Origin: an uncultured Ruminococcus sp.
GTDB lineage: Bacteria; Bacillota; Clostridia; RUG12999
Assembly (NCBI GenBank): GCA_902784805.1
Contig: CACZWD010000012.1
Location: 11,133-75,132, forward strand
Direction of reading: 5' to 3'
DNA length: 64,000 bases
Shown here: in pieces, positions 10,961 to 21,339 of the stretch
How positions within the stretch are numbered: the first letter of the stretch is position 1
Layout: each line of letters starts with the position of its first letter
Translations under genes and position numbers: made by a program
The notes under the pieces: model-generated
Database searches by the model: none
What the model saw: the letters and a program-made list of their open reading frames with translations, nothing else
What the model was told of the DNA's origin: nothing

Positions 10961-11128
10961 AAATAAACAAAAAAGAAAAAATGCGTCGAAATGCGGAATT
11001 AATGCGGTTTTTAATGACAACACACGACAATATATAATAAAAATTGCGCATATAAAGTATAAAATATACAAAAAAACAAATTAAATTTAGTGTAAAACAT
11101 AGAAAAAAATAAAAAATGTTCAAAACTC

Positions 11129-11157
11129 TTGAATTTAACAAAAGTTTGTATTATAAT
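11129..11157 (+). promoter_or_regulatory. candidate sigma-A type promoter of spo0A (TTGAAT-17-TATAAT)
   Basis: TTGAAT at 11129..11134, a 17-nt spacer and TATAAT at 11152..11157. It lies about 30 nt upstream of the spo0A RBS. Confidence 0.5.
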
Positions 11158-11188
11158 AGAGATACAGAACAAAAAAGGAGGAATACAA

Positions 11189-11983
11189 ATGAGTAAAGTA
11201 AGAGTTTTAATCGTTGATGACAATGAGAAGTTTTCCGCGGGGCTTAAAAATGAGCTTGAAAAGACAGGTAAATTTGATATAGTCGGCTGTGCGGTAAACG
11301 GTAAAGAAGGGCTTGAGTATTTTTCGATGTATATGCCCGATGTTGTTGTGCTTGATATTATTATGCCGGTTATGGACGGCTTCGGTGTGCTGTCGCGTAT
11401 ATCGGGCAAGGCGTTTATTCTTGTCGTGTCGGCATATGAAAGTGAAGCTGCAATAAGAAAGGTCGCTTCAATGGGCGCGGATTATTTCCTTTCAAAAACG
11501 GTGTCTTCCGGTGAGATTGCGGACAGAATACTTATGTTTACATCAAGCGACAAAACTGATAAGTCACATGAGCTTGAAGATATTTTTAAAAACAAAGTTG
11601 AAGAGGACAAAGAAGCGAATATCGAAGCCATGGTAAGTAATATAATTAAACTTGTCGGCGTTCCGGCGCATATTAAAGGCTACCAATTCCTTCGTGAAGC
11701 AATAATCTGGACAATTGACGATATGGGTATAATAAACGCTGTAACAAAAGAGCTTTATCCCGGTATCGCGAAAAAATATGATACAACATCTTCAAGGGTT
11801 GAACGGGCAATACGTCACGCAATAGAGGTCGCATGGGAACGTGGGGATATAGATACGATAAATAAACTGTTCGGCTACACGGTTCATACAAGCAAGGGTA
11901 AGCCTACAAACAGCGAGTTTATCGCTATGATTGCCGACAGATTGAGGTTGCAGCTTAAAGGCAAAAATATGATTTCCGCTTAG
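11189..11983 (+). CDS. spo0A: sporulation master response regulator Spo0A
   Basis: The ATG at 11189 is preceded by AAAGGAGG. The receiver domain reads VLIVDDN...[14 protein letters not shown]. The C-terminus carries the Spo0A-specific effector signature [16 protein letters not shown]...[29 protein letters not shown]. Confidence 0.96.
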   Translation: MSKVRVLIVDDNEKFSAGLKNELEKTGKFDIVGCAVNGKEGLEYFSMYMPDVVVLDIIMPVMDGFGVLSRISGKAFILVVSAYESEAAIRKVASMGADYFLSKTVSSGEIADRILMFTSSDKTDKSHELEDIFKNKVEEDKEANIEAMVSNIIKLVGVPAHIKGYQFLREAIIWTIDDMGIINAVTKELYPGIAKKYDTTSSRVERAIRHAIEVAWERGDIDTINKLFGYTVHTSKGKPTNSEFIAMIADRLRLQLKGKNMISA

Positions 11984-11990
11984 AAACTAT

Positions 11991-12025
11991 TACCGTACTC
12001 TTTTAAAAAGAGTACGGTATTTTTG
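11991..12025 (+). terminator. rho-independent terminator after spo0A
   Basis: ACCGTACTCTTTT / AAAAGAGTACGGT hairpin followed by a T-run. Confidence 0.8.
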
Positions 12026-12119
12026 TATTAATATATGTCAATTTTTATTCTTTTTTTAAAAGCTGTTATAAAGCATATTTTTAAAAAAATAAAAAATATA
12101 TTCTGTACTTTATTCTGTA

Positions 12120-12148
12120 TTGACGTCTAGTAAAAAATGTGGTATAAT
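12120..12148 (+). promoter_or_regulatory. sigma-A type promoter of putP (TTGACG-17-TGgTATAAT)
   Basis: TTGACG at 12120..12125, a 17-nt spacer and an extended -10 ending at 12148. Confidence 0.6.
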
Positions 12149-12198
12149 AAAAAAAAAATAATATAATATTTGCTAAAAAAGAAAGGATATGATATTTA

Positions 12199-13692
12199 AT
12201 GGGAGAAATTATTGCGTTTGCGCTTTATTTTGTTGTCGTGCTTGCGATAGGAATTTACTTTTTCACAAAATCAAAGGGTACCGGCGAGAAGGATTATTTT
12301 CTTGGCGGCAGAAGTATGGGACCCTGGGTCGCGGCAATGAGTGCGCAGGCTTCAGATATGAGTGCCTGGCTTTTGATGGGTTTGCCGGGTAGTATTCTTG
12401 CTTTTGGTATGGGCAAGGCATGGATTGGTATTGGTCTTGCGATAGGAACAGCGCTTAATTGGATTTTGGTAGCGAAAAGGCTTCGTAAGTTTTCAAAAAC
12501 GGCGGGCGATTCTATAACGCTTCCGCAGTATCTTTCAAATCGCTTTATGACTTCAAACCCGACGCTTCGCATAATATGCGCGGTTGTGTTTTTAATAAGC
12601 TTTACTCTTTATGTTGCTTCCGCTTTCAGTGCGGGAACAAAAGTGTTTACGGCACTGTTTCCAAATCTTAACGCTGGAACAGCAATGTTTATTTTTGCCG
12701 CGATACTTATAATCTACACCTTTCTTGGCGGCTTTAAAGCTGTTTGCTGGACAGACTTTTTTCAGGGAATATTAATGCTTGTAGCACTTCTTGCAGTTCC
12801 GATAGTTATTCTTGTTACAAAAGAGCTTGATTTTTCTGTTTTAAGCAACACTATAACCTCGGCGGACGGCACAACATATGCCTTTACATCTAATTTATTC
12901 AGTGCTTCATGGAAGGATATTATCTCAGGCTTTGCGTGGGGGCTTGGATATTTCGGTATGCCCCATATTCTTGTAAGATTTATGTCAATTGAAAAACCCA
13001 GCATGATTAAAAAATCCGCGACGGTTGCTATAATTTGGGTAATATTAAGCCTTGGCGCCTCAGTTGTTATAGCATATCTTGGTAGAATTGTTGTTGGTAC
13101 GGAGCTTCTTTTGGCAGGTCATCAAGAACGCGTTTTCATAGTGCTTTCAAGGCTTGTTTTCCCAGGCTTTATTGCGGGAATACTTTTAGCGGCAATAATA
13201 GCGGCGTCAATGTCAACAGCGGATTCGCAGCTTCTTGTGGCGTCCTCGTCGTTTACAAGTGATATTTATAAACCTGTTATAAAGAAAAACGCAAGTGATA
13301 AAGAGCTTCTTTGGGTAGGCAGAATTGTTGTTATAGTAGTTGCCGTTATTGCATATTTTATAGCAAGCAACAAAGGTGAAGGCGCGCAGGCAATTATGAA
13401 TCTTGTTGAAAATGCGTGGGGCTTGTTTGGCGCGGCATTTGGTCCGGCTGTTATACTTTCGCTTTTCTGGAAGCGATTTACATATAAAGGCGCGGTTGCA
13501 GGTATAATTGCGGGTGCTGTTTGCGACCTTCTTTGGCTTAACCTTCTCAGCGATCTTGGTATATACGAGATTTTACCGGGCTTTGTTATAAGCTTGATAG
13601 TTTGCGTAATTGTTTCGCTTATTGATAAGGCTCCGTCCGAGGAAATTATTGCCTTATATGAAAAGGCAACCGATAATACTATTGACGACTAA
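12199..13692 (+). CDS. putP: sodium:proline symporter (SSF family)
   Basis: 497 aa and polytopic. The N-terminus reads DYFLGGRSMGPWVAAMSAQASDMSAWLLMGLPG, typical of PutP/SSF transporters. Confidence 0.85.
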   Translation: MGEIIAFALYFVVVLAIGIYFFTKSKGTGEKDYFLGGRSMGPWVAAMSAQASDMSAWLLMGLPGSILAFGMGKAWIGIGLAIGTALNWILVAKRLRKFSKTAGDSITLPQYLSNRFMTSNPTLRIICAVVFLISFTLYVASAFSAGTKVFTALFPNLNAGTAMFIFAAILIIYTFLGGFKAVCWTDFFQGILMLVALLAVPIVILVTKELDFSVLSNTITSADGTTYAFTSNLFSASWKDIISGFAWGLGYFGMPHILVRFMSIEKPSMIKKSATVAIIWVILSLGASVVIAYLGRIVVGTELLLAGHQERVFIVLSRLVFPGFIAGILLAAIIAASMSTADSQLLVASSSFTSDIYKPVIKKNASDKELLWVGRIVVIVVAVIAYFIASNKGEGAQAIMNLVENAWGLFGAAFGPAVILSLFWKRFTYKGAVAGIIAGAVCDLLWLNLLSDLGIYEILPGFVISLIVCVIVSLIDKAPSEEIIALYEKATDNTIDD

Positions 13693-13710
13693 AAATTAAA
13701 ATAATAAAAA

Positions 13711-13746
13711 AACCCGAAACACGTTTTTGTGTTTCGGGTTTTTTTG
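13711..13746. terminator. bidirectional rho-independent terminator between putP and comM
   Basis: AACCCGAAACAC / GTGTTTCGGGTT hairpin flanked by an A-run and a T-run. It lies between convergent genes. Confidence 0.85.
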
Positions 13747-13754
13747 TTATAAAA

Positions 13755-15293
13755 TTATCTGTTATAATATTTTCTGTCAAGAGAACGATATTGCAGAGCT
13801 TCGGCAATATGGAGCGCCGAAATATCTTTTTTGCCTTCAAGATCCGCGATTGTTCTTGCCACTTTTACAATTCTTGTATATGCTCTTGCTGTAAGTCCCA
13901 TACGGTTAAACGCTTCGGAGAGAATGGAGCTTTCTCTATCGCCCAGCGGGCAATATTTTTCAATAAGCTTTGTGGTCAGCTGTGCGTTACAGTTTATGTT
14001 TTCATTTTCATAACGTTTTTGCTGAATTTTTCTTGCGGTATTTACACGTTCACGTATTTGCAATGAGGATTCTTGTTTTTCTTTTGAAGCGAGATTTTCA
14101 TATTCAACGGGTGCAACGTCAATGTGTAAATCAATTCTGTCAAGCATCGGACCGCTTATTTTGCCAAGGTATTTTGCTATCTGGGCGGGAGTACAGGTAC
14201 AGCGGCGCTTGCTGTCGCCAAAATATCCGCACGGACAAGGATTCATTGCCGCAACAAGCATAAATCTGCAAGGATAGGTTATGCTTGCGTTGACTCTTGA
14301 AATATTTACTTCTCCGTCCTCAAGAGGCTGGCGCAATGCTTCAAGAGCGTTTTTATGAAACTCAGGAAGCTCATCAAGAAAAAGCACGCCGTTATGCGCA
14401 AGACTGATTTCACCCGGACGGGGAACTCTGCCGCCTCCCGACAACGCAATTGATGAAGTTGTATGGTGAGGGTTTCTGAAAGGTCTTGAAGTTACGATTG
14501 CCGTACCGTTTTTTAATGTTCCGGCAACCGAATGTATTTTTGTGACTTCTATTGCTTCATCAAAGCTCATTTCGGGAAGAATACCGGGAAGTCTTTGCGC
14601 GAGCATTGTTTTACCTGAACCGGGAGAGCCTATCATAAGGCAGTTATGCCCGCCTGCCGCGGCGATTTCAAGCGCTCGTTTGACGTTGAGTTGACCTTTT
14701 ACATCCGAAAAATCAAGATATGTATTATAGTTTTTTTCAAAAATATTCTCCGTATTTACATATGTTTGTTCAATTTCAGCTTCGCCGCTTAAATGATTGA
14801 CAACATCCGCAAGTGTTCTCGCGCCATATATGCTTATGCCATTGACAATGGCAGCTTCCCTCGCGTTTGCAGCAGGAAGTATGCATTTCTTTATACCATT
14901 TTCCTTTGCGCATAAAACCATTGGAAGGACACCTGTTACGGGACGCAGCTCGCCGCCGAGGCTAAGCTCACCGAAAAAAGCGTATTCGTCTGTGTCTTTC
15001 GCAATAATCTGTCCGTCTGTTACAAGCACTGAAACGGCAATAGGAAGGTCAAAACCGGGACCTTCTTTTTTCATATCGCCGGGAGCAAGGTTTATTGTAA
15101 CCCTTTTTAAAGGAAATTCGAAGCCTGTGTTTGATATGGCAGAGCGTACCCGTTCTTTTGATTCCTTAACGGCGGCGTCGGGAAGCCCTACAATATCAAA
15201 AGCCGGGAGTCCCTGTGAAATATCCGCTTCGGTTTCTATCATACAGCCCGAAAGCCCCAGAAGGCTAACGCTGAAAATTTTTGAAAGCGCCAT
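13755..15293 (-). CDS. comM: YifB/ComM family Mg-chelatase-like ATPase
   Basis: 512 aa. Lon-like N-terminal domain, Walker A GSPGSGKTMLA, Walker B VLFLDELPEF, and a Cys cluster CPCGYFGD..RRCTC. Confidence 0.9.
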   Translation of the reverse strand: MALSKIFSVSLLGLSGCMIETEADISQGLPAFDIVGLPDAAVKESKERVRSAISNTGFEFPLKRVTINLAPGDMKKEGPGFDLPIAVSVLVTDGQIIAKDTDEYAFFGELSLGGELRPVTGVLPMVLCAKENGIKKCILPAANAREAAIVNGISIYGARTLADVVNHLSGEAEIEQTYVNTENIFEKNYNTYLDFSDVKGQLNVKRALEIAAAGGHNCLMIGSPGSGKTMLAQRLPGILPEMSFDEAIEVTKIHSVAGTLKNGTAIVTSRPFRNPHHTTSSIALSGGGRVPRPGEISLAHNGVLFLDELPEFHKNALEALRQPLEDGEVNISRVNASITYPCRFMLVAAMNPCPCGYFGDSKRRCTCTPAQIAKYLGKISGPMLDRIDLHIDVAPVEYENLASKEKQESSLQIRERVNTARKIQQKRYENENINCNAQLTTKLIEKYCPLGDRESSILSEAFNRMGLTARAYTRIVKVARTIADLEGKKDISALHIAEALQYRSLDRKYYNR

Positions 15294-15338
15294 ATTATAT
15301 TAATCATTCCTTTCATAGGAGGCAGTTTTACTATTACA

Positions 15339-15974
15339 CTAGAAATTTACATATGTTGTAAGCTTGCCCATATATTTGTCATATCCGTAATCTTTTACGA
15401 CAAAATTACCGTTTTCATATTCCAATATAGTGCAGGAAGCGTTTGAGGCCCACGGAAGACCTTTTGTTTCTTCCGGAGTCATGCCATACAGCTTTGCGGA
15501 AGTAAACCGTATTACGGCGGCATGGCAAAAAACAAAAATTGTTTTGCCTTTATGCTTTTCGGCAATATCCGTAAGCGCTGAAACAATCCTTTTCTGTACA
15601 TCGCCTACACTTTCGCCGCCCACACAGTGGAGCCTTCCTATATCATTACACCAAATATTGTATTCATCAGGAAATTTTTTAGCAATATCTTCTATTTTTA
15701 AGTTTTCCCATTTGCCTCCGTACATCTCCCTGAAGCGAACGTCTTTTATAACCTTCATACCTTTAAGAGAGGCTGTGCAAATAGCAGTTTCAAAAGCCCG
15801 GCTTAAATCGCTCGAATAAATAAAATCCGTATGAATGTTTTTTAAATATTCCGCCGCTGTTTTCGCTTGTAAACGTCCTTTTTCGGTAAGCATCGCGTCA
15901 GTATGACCGACATAAGTATTACTTAAATTCGCCTCGGTTTCGCCATGACGAATGAGATAAATTGTTGTTTTCAT
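15339..15974 (-). CDS. histidine phosphatase family protein (phosphoglycerate mutase-like)
   Basis: 211 aa. Catalytic RHGETEAN motif at the N-terminus and a later CHAAVIR histidine motif. Confidence 0.8.
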   Translation of the reverse strand: MKTTIYLIRHGETEANLSNTYVGHTDAMLTEKGRLQAKTAAEYLKNIHTDFIYSSDLSRAFETAICTASLKGMKVIKDVRFREMYGGKWENLKIEDIAKKFPDEYNIWCNDIGRLHCVGGESVGDVQKRIVSALTDIAEKHKGKTIFVFCHAAVIRFTSAKLYGMTPEETKGLPWASNASCTILEYENGNFVVKDYGYDKYMGKLTTYVNF

Positions 15975-15982
15975 AAAATCTC

Positions 15983-18077
15983 CTACTGTAAGCTTCTTGT
16001 AATGGAAATAACGCCGCTGACATTTTTAAGCTTTGCGATAAGCTCGTCAATTTGCTCCGCGGTGCTAACTTCAACACCTACATTTACAAGAGCCTCCATA
16101 TTTTTATTAACTCTTGCGTTAAAGGCATTTGAAGGTATTTTCATGGTTGAAATAATATTGATTATATCAGCAAGAAGCCCCGTTCTGTCATCAGCGACAA
16201 TAAGAAGATCGGCACAATAGCGCTCGGCGGGAGAAGCGTTTTCCCAGCTGACGTTTACTATACGGTTTTCACTCTGTTCGGAATCAATGTTTTTAACATT
16301 TACGCAATCTCTTCTATGGACTGATACACCTCTGCCACGGGTAATGTAGCCTACAATATCATCGCCCGGAATAGGTCTGCAACATTTTGAAAGACGTACA
16401 AGACAACCTTCAAGCCCTTCGACAATAACACCGCTGCCACCGCCTTGGTTTTTTGCGCTGTGACGGCTGCCGACAGCGGGAGCTTCGATTTTCTTTGTAC
16501 GGCGTTTATATTCCTCCCGCATTTTCTGAACGACCTTTGCGGCAGGTATTCCGCCAAAACCGATTGCGCTGTATAAGTCGTCTGTTGTCTGAAAATTGTT
16601 TTTACGCAAAATTTGCTCAATGGTTTCGGGAATCATAAGCTGTTGAGCGGTGTAACCGGTCTTTTTTATTTCGTGCTCAAGCATATCTCTGCCAAGGGAA
16701 ATATTTTCCTCTCTGCCCTCTTTTTTAAACCATTGATTTATTTTTGTTCTTGCGCTGCTTGTTTTTACAATATTAAGCCAGTCACGGCTCGGACCGTGTT
16801 TACCTTTGCGCCCATTGTTTTGTTGCCGATTGCCGAGTGTATGCTGTACGCGAAATCAATGGGGCATGAACCTTTCGGGAGCGGAACGACGTCACCTTTC
16901 GGCGTAAAAACATATACCTGGTCGCTGAACATATCGACCTTTAAAGCGCGCATAAATTCGTTACTGTCGGGAACTTCATCCTGAAGCTCCATAACCTTTC
17001 GTATCCATGCAAGCTTTTCGTCATCGCCCGTGGTTTTGCCTTTTAAGCCCTGTTTGTATTTCCAATGCGCGGCGATACCGTATTCGGCAGTTCTGTGCAT
17101 TTCCTGTGTGCGTATCTGAATTTCAAAATGTGAAGCGACTGATACATATTTGCCTTTGCCATTGAGATATAATCCTTTATTCTGCCCGGAAGCGGACGGT
17201 ATATTTCATGAACAGCGCCAAGCACAGCATAGCAATCGGAAATGGTTTCGACAATTACACGAATCGCAAAAATATCGTAAATTTCGTCAATTGTTCTGCC
17301 CTGCATAAAAGTCTTTTTAAATATGCTGTAATTGTGCTTAACTCTGCCGGCAATAGATAAAACTTTTATATCGATTTCGTTAAGCTTTTTCATTATTTTA
17401 TCTATATTATACTGAATAAAATCATCATTACGGCTTAATTTTTCGGCAACCTGAGATGTGATCTCATTGTAAGCAATAGGGTCAAGATGCTTTAAGGACA
17501 AATCCTCAAGCTCCGCTTTAACTTTAAAAATACCGAGTCTGTCGGCGATGGGAGCGTAAACCTCAATGGTTTCAAGCGATTTTTTAAGCTGCTTGTGAAG
17601 GGGCTGCGCGTCTAATGTACGCATATTATGAAGTCTGTCGCAAAGCTTTACAAGCACGATACGAACATCTTTCGCGGTCGCAATAAACATTTTGCGTAAG
17701 TTTTCGACCTGCTCCTCCTCTTGGGTTGTAAACTTAATTTTTCCAAGCTTTGTAACGCCTTCAACCATATCTGCAATTTCGGGAGAAAAAAGCTTCGCGA
17801 CTTCTTCGTGTGTAACCTCCGTATCTTCGATTACATCATGTAAAAGCCCCGCAATAACGGTATCTTTATCAAGCGAGAGGTCGGCAATTATGCGCGCGAC
17901 TTCAAGAGGGTGACAAATATAGGCTTCGCCCGAAAGCCGTTTTTGCCCCTTATGAGCTTTTTCCGCAAATTCATACGCGCGTTTTATTTCTTTTGTATCC
18001 TCCGGTGAATAAAGCGTTTTTGCCTTATTTAAAAGGTCGGCGAAAAGCTCATCCGGATTTGTGTTTACCATACTCAT
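15983..18077 (-). pseudogene. relA: bifunctional (p)ppGpp synthetase/hydrolase RelA/SpoT homologue, disrupted by two internal frame-shifting deletions
   Basis: Three consecutive ORFs cover the gene: 17043..18077 (HD hydrolase plus most of the synthetase), 16765..17100 (end of synthetase plus TGS) and 15983..16684 (helical/ACT). At about 17128 the sequence jumps from ...NMYQSLH to FEIQIRTQEMHRTAEYGIAAHWKYK in another frame. At about 16796 it jumps from ...GAKVN to GPSRDWLNIVKTSSARTKINQWF in another frame. Confidence 0.85.
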
Positions 18078-20098
18078 TCGGTTTTAATACCTCTCTCTTT
18101 TTTAAAGTTTTTAAGTGTGATTGAAGATTCAAGGTCAACCTTCCCTGCTGTATTTTTAATATATATATCATATATTCCGTTGTTTTCGGCATAAGTGAGA
18201 AGCTTCATTTCGGCAAAGATATCCATACAAAGCCGCAATTTTTGCTCAGGGAAATAACATCCCTCCGCAAGTGAAAGCCTTCTTGCCAAAAGCGCCTCTT
18301 TTATACGCAGAAAATCATTCCTGCAGCTTCCCTTTATAATGCTGTAAAGACGCGCGAAATCAAGCCTTTTGGGTACAGCATCGGTTTCTTTTTGTAATGC
18401 CGAATATTTAAAATCTCTTAAAACAAATTGCACACGGCTTATATCATTCCATGTATTAAGCGTAAGATTGCCGATTATATCAATGGTATCGCCGGAAATT
18501 ATGAGGTCTGAGTCCTGTCCCATACCAAACCCGATAGCGTCAAAATAAACTCCGTTTTTTTCAAGAGAAAAACGCAAATGCTTACCGTCTCCAAGAAGCC
18601 TGTAACCCATAATCTTGCATGCACCGACAGTAAAAACCGGAAGCGGATTGCCCGTTCCGCAGGGTTCAAAAATCTTAAGTTCCCGCGCGACCTCGGCAGA
18701 TATATATTTACTCGGAATTTCAAAATCGGCTTTAAGAACAACTCTTTTCCCTTCGGGCGGAAGAAGTCCTTCAGCGTATGCGTTGATTTTTTCATCAAGC
18801 AGTTCAAGATTTTCTTCCGGAAGCGTAAGCCCCGCCGCAAGAGCGTGTCCGCCGTATTTTATAAAGATATCTCCGCAGGCACTCATTGCCTCAAAAAGAT
18901 TAAATCCCTCAACACTTCTGCCCGAGCCTTTTGCTATGCCTTCATTTACGGTTATGAGAAGACACGGTTTTGAATATTTATCGGATATTTTTGATGAAAC
19001 TATACCTATTATGCCACTGTGCCATTCTTTTCCCCACACAACAAGAACAGGTTTTTTCTTATAGCTTTTGTCATTTTCTATTATATTTATTACATCATCA
19101 AAAATTTCTTTCTCAATTTCCTGGCGGTGCCGGTTTTCCTCCATAAGAAGCGTTGAAAGCTTTTCGGCCTCAGGTTTGCTTTTGCTGAGCAGAAGCATTA
19201 CGCCGTAGCAGGCATCGCCTATTCTTCCCGCGGCGTTTATTTTTGGCGCAAGACCGTAGCCTATACCCGAAACGGTTGAAACCTTATCGCCGATACCGAT
19301 ATAGTCTATAAGCGTTTTAAGACCTATATTGTTTGTGTTTTTTATATGCTCAAGACCATAGTTTACGATAATGCGGTTTTCACTTTCGAGACTTACAACA
19401 TCGGCAATTGTGCCGAGAGCAATAAGCTCACCCAGCATATCAAGAATTTTTTTCTGATTTCCTCCTTCAAGGGCTGAAATCAGTTTGAATACAACGCCGA
19501 CTCCCGCAAGAGCTTTAAACGGATATGAACAATCCGGCTGTGTCGGGTTAATGACCGCACAGCAGTCGGGTACGGTTTCTTTACATCTGTGGTGGTCGGT
19601 AACAATAACGTCCATACCCATTTCACATATCGCGTCAATTTCTTTGCAGGCGGTAATTCCCGTATCAACGGTTATAACAAGCGTTGTGCCCGTTTCAAAC
19701 AAGCTGCAAAGCGCGCCTGTATTTATGCCGTAGCCCTCCGAAGAACGGTCAGGTATGTAATAATTCACAATGCCGCCTTTTGAGCGAAGATACAAAAGGA
19801 GCGCGGAAACGGAGGTTATGCCGTCAACGTCATAATCACCGTAAATTGTTATATGTTCTTCATTTTCAAGAGCAAGATTTATACGGTTTACGGCTTTATC
19901 CATATCCTTCATCAAAAACGGAGAGAGCAAATCATCCACGGATTTTGCGCAGAATTTTTCAAATTCCTTTGCACTTTCAATGCCTCTTGAAAACGCAAGA
20001 GCCGTGGTGACGGGATTTTTGCCCGTTTCGCGCGCAAGCCTTCTGACCTGCGGCGTGTCGGATAAATCTTCGCCGACAATCCAATCATATCTGTTCAT
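18074..20098 (-). CDS. recJ: single-stranded-DNA-specific exonuclease RecJ
   Basis: 674 aa. DHH-family motifs GDYDVDGITS, TVDTGI and VTDHH, plus a DHHA1 region with GGHALAAG. The 4-nt overlap with relA suggests an operon. Confidence 0.9.
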   Translation of the reverse strand: MNRYDWIVGEDLSDTPQVRRLARETGKNPVTTALAFSRGIESAKEFEKFCAKSVDDLLSPFLMKDMDKAVNRINLALENEEHITIYGDYDVDGITSVSALLLYLRSKGGIVNYYIPDRSSEGYGINTGALCSLFETGTTLVITVDTGITACKEIDAICEMGMDVIVTDHHRCKETVPDCCAVINPTQPDCSYPFKALAGVGVVFKLISALEGGNQKKILDMLGELIALGTIADVVSLESENRIIVNYGLEHIKNTNNIGLKTLIDYIGIGDKVSTVSGIGYGLAPKINAAGRIGDACYGVMLLLSKSKPEAEKLSTLLMEENRHRQEIEKEIFDDVINIIENDKSYKKKPVLVVWGKEWHSGIIGIVSSKISDKYSKPCLLITVNEGIAKGSGRSVEGFNLFEAMSACGDIFIKYGGHALAAGLTLPEENLELLDEKINAYAEGLLPPEGKRVVLKADFEIPSKYISAEVARELKIFEPCGTGNPLPVFTVGACKIMGYRLLGDGKHLRFSLEKNGVYFDAIGFGMGQDSDLIISGDTIDIIGNLTLNTWNDISRVQFVLRDFKYSALQKETDAVPKRLDFARLYSIIKGSCRNDFLRIKEALLARRLSLAEGCYFPEQKLRLCMDIFAEMKLLTYAENNGIYDIYIKNTAGKVDLESSITLKNFKKERGIKTE

Positions 20099-20146
20099 AA
20101 TTTACAACCGTTCTTTCTTAAAAAATTGACGAAAAAGCGTGTGCGG

Positions 20147-20590
20147 CTATTTTTCAAGAGCCATAATTTTATTTACTCTTTCAGCATGCCTTCCACCAAG
20201 AAAATCGGCGTTAAGCCAGCTTTTAACAATGCATTTCGCAAGCTCACTGCCCGTGATTCTCGCACCCAAAGCGATTACATTCGCATTGTTGTGTTCTGCC
20301 GCCATCTGCGCGCTGAAGGTATCGGTACAATGCGCGCACCTTATGCCGTTTATTTTGTTTGCCGCGATTGACATACCTATACCTGTTCCGCAAATTAGTA
20401 TGCCTTTTTTACATTCGCCGCCGGTGATTTTTTCACAGAGCGTTTTCGCGATATCGGGATAGTCAACGCTTGCGTTGCTGAAACAGCCGCAGTCAACAAC
20501 TTCAAAACCGAGTTCCGTAAGCAGCTCCGAAATTTGACCTTTTAACTCAAAGCCTCCGTGGTCACAGCCTATTGCGATAAGTTTACTCAT
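20147..20590 (-). CDS. rpiB: ribose-5-phosphate isomerase B
   Basis: 147 aa in the LacAB/RpiB family: IAIGCDHGGFELK ... GILICGTGIGMSIAANK. Confidence 0.9.
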   Translation of the reverse strand: MSKLIAIGCDHGGFELKGQISELLTELGFEVVDCGCFSNASVDYPDIAKTLCEKITGGECKKGILICGTGIGMSIAANKINGIRCAHCTDTFSAQMAAEHNNANVIALGARITGSELAKCIVKSWLNADFLGGRHAERVNKIMALEK

Positions 20591-20619
20591 TTTTAAACCG
20601 TACCTCTTTTCGTAAAAAA

Positions 20620-21339
20620 TTATTTTTCCTTTGCTTCTTTTTCTCTTTCCGCCTGAGATTTTCTTAAATATTCCGCGTTAAGCGTGTCGGCGCTTGCCGT
20701 TTCGCCCCGCAGAGCTTTTTCATACGCTGCAAGCGCAACGCTTGACGCTCTTTGAGAGTTATTGTTAAAGCCCGCGAAAACCGCGGTTTTTCCAAGTTCT
20801 TTAAGCCTTTCAAGATTTGGTTTAACTCCGTCACCCAAAAAAAGCACTTTTTTGTTTTTAAGAGCTTTCATTTCGTTTATAACGGTATCTATTCCGACCG
20901 CTCTCGGTGGAACAACGGTTTTTAAAGAATAATTATTTCCAGAAGAAACTAAGTTTCTTTTATATACGGCATTATATACCTGCCCGGCACGCGCGTCCAT
21001 AAGGGGGCAGATAAGACAGTCGGTAAACTGTACGTTTCTTGCCATAGCCTCAAGTGTGCTGACAGCAATCACAGGTTTTTTTTCGGCAAAGGCAAAGCCT
21101 TTTACGGCGGCAATGCCTATCCTGAGACCTGTAAAAGAGCCGGGACCGTTTGTTACGGCAAAAACATCAATATCTTTTATGCTGAGCGCAAGAGCTTTTA
21201 AAAGCGAGTCGATAAGAGGCATGAGCTTTTGTGAGTGTGTCAGCCCGTTTATAAGTGTATATTCGCCGAGAAGCGCGCCGTCATCAATTACAGCCGCCGA
21301 ACAAACAAGGCTTGAGGTATCTATCGCTAAAATTTTCAT
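20620..21339 (-). CDS. tsaB: tRNA t6A37 biosynthesis protein TsaB (YeaZ)
   Basis: 239 aa. Contains MKILAIDTSS and GPGSFTGLRIG. It overlaps tsaE by 4 nt. Confidence 0.88.
   Translation of the reverse strand: MKILAIDTSSLVCSAAVIDDGALLGEYTLINGLTHSQKLMPLIDSLLKALALSIKDIDVFAVTNGPGSFTGLRIGIAAVKGFAFAEKKPVIAVSTLEAMARNVQFTDCLICPLMDARAGQVYNAVYKRNLVSSGNNYSLKTVVPPRAVGIDTVINEMKALKNKKVLFLGDGVKPNLERLKELGKTAVFAGFNNNSQRASSVALAAYEKALRGETASADTLNAEYLRKSQAEREKEAKEK

Noticed and set aside
10171-11409. ORFs 10171..10416, 10239..10565, 10665..11141, 10843..11037, 11011..11409 in the spo0A upstream block
   Set aside because: The translations are low-complexity with no RBS. The ORFs overlap each other and the spo0A 5' end. 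The region is better explained as non-coding repeats.
13791-15303. Plus-strand ORFs antisense to comM (13791..14066, 13970..14263, 14797..15303)
   Set aside because: They lie entirely within the well-supported comM coding region on the opposite strand.
16700-17200. Programmed frameshifting, an intein or an intron as explanation for the split relA
   Set aside because: Conserved residues are missing at both junctions rather than extra sequence being inserted. No slippery heptamer or splice-like element is present.
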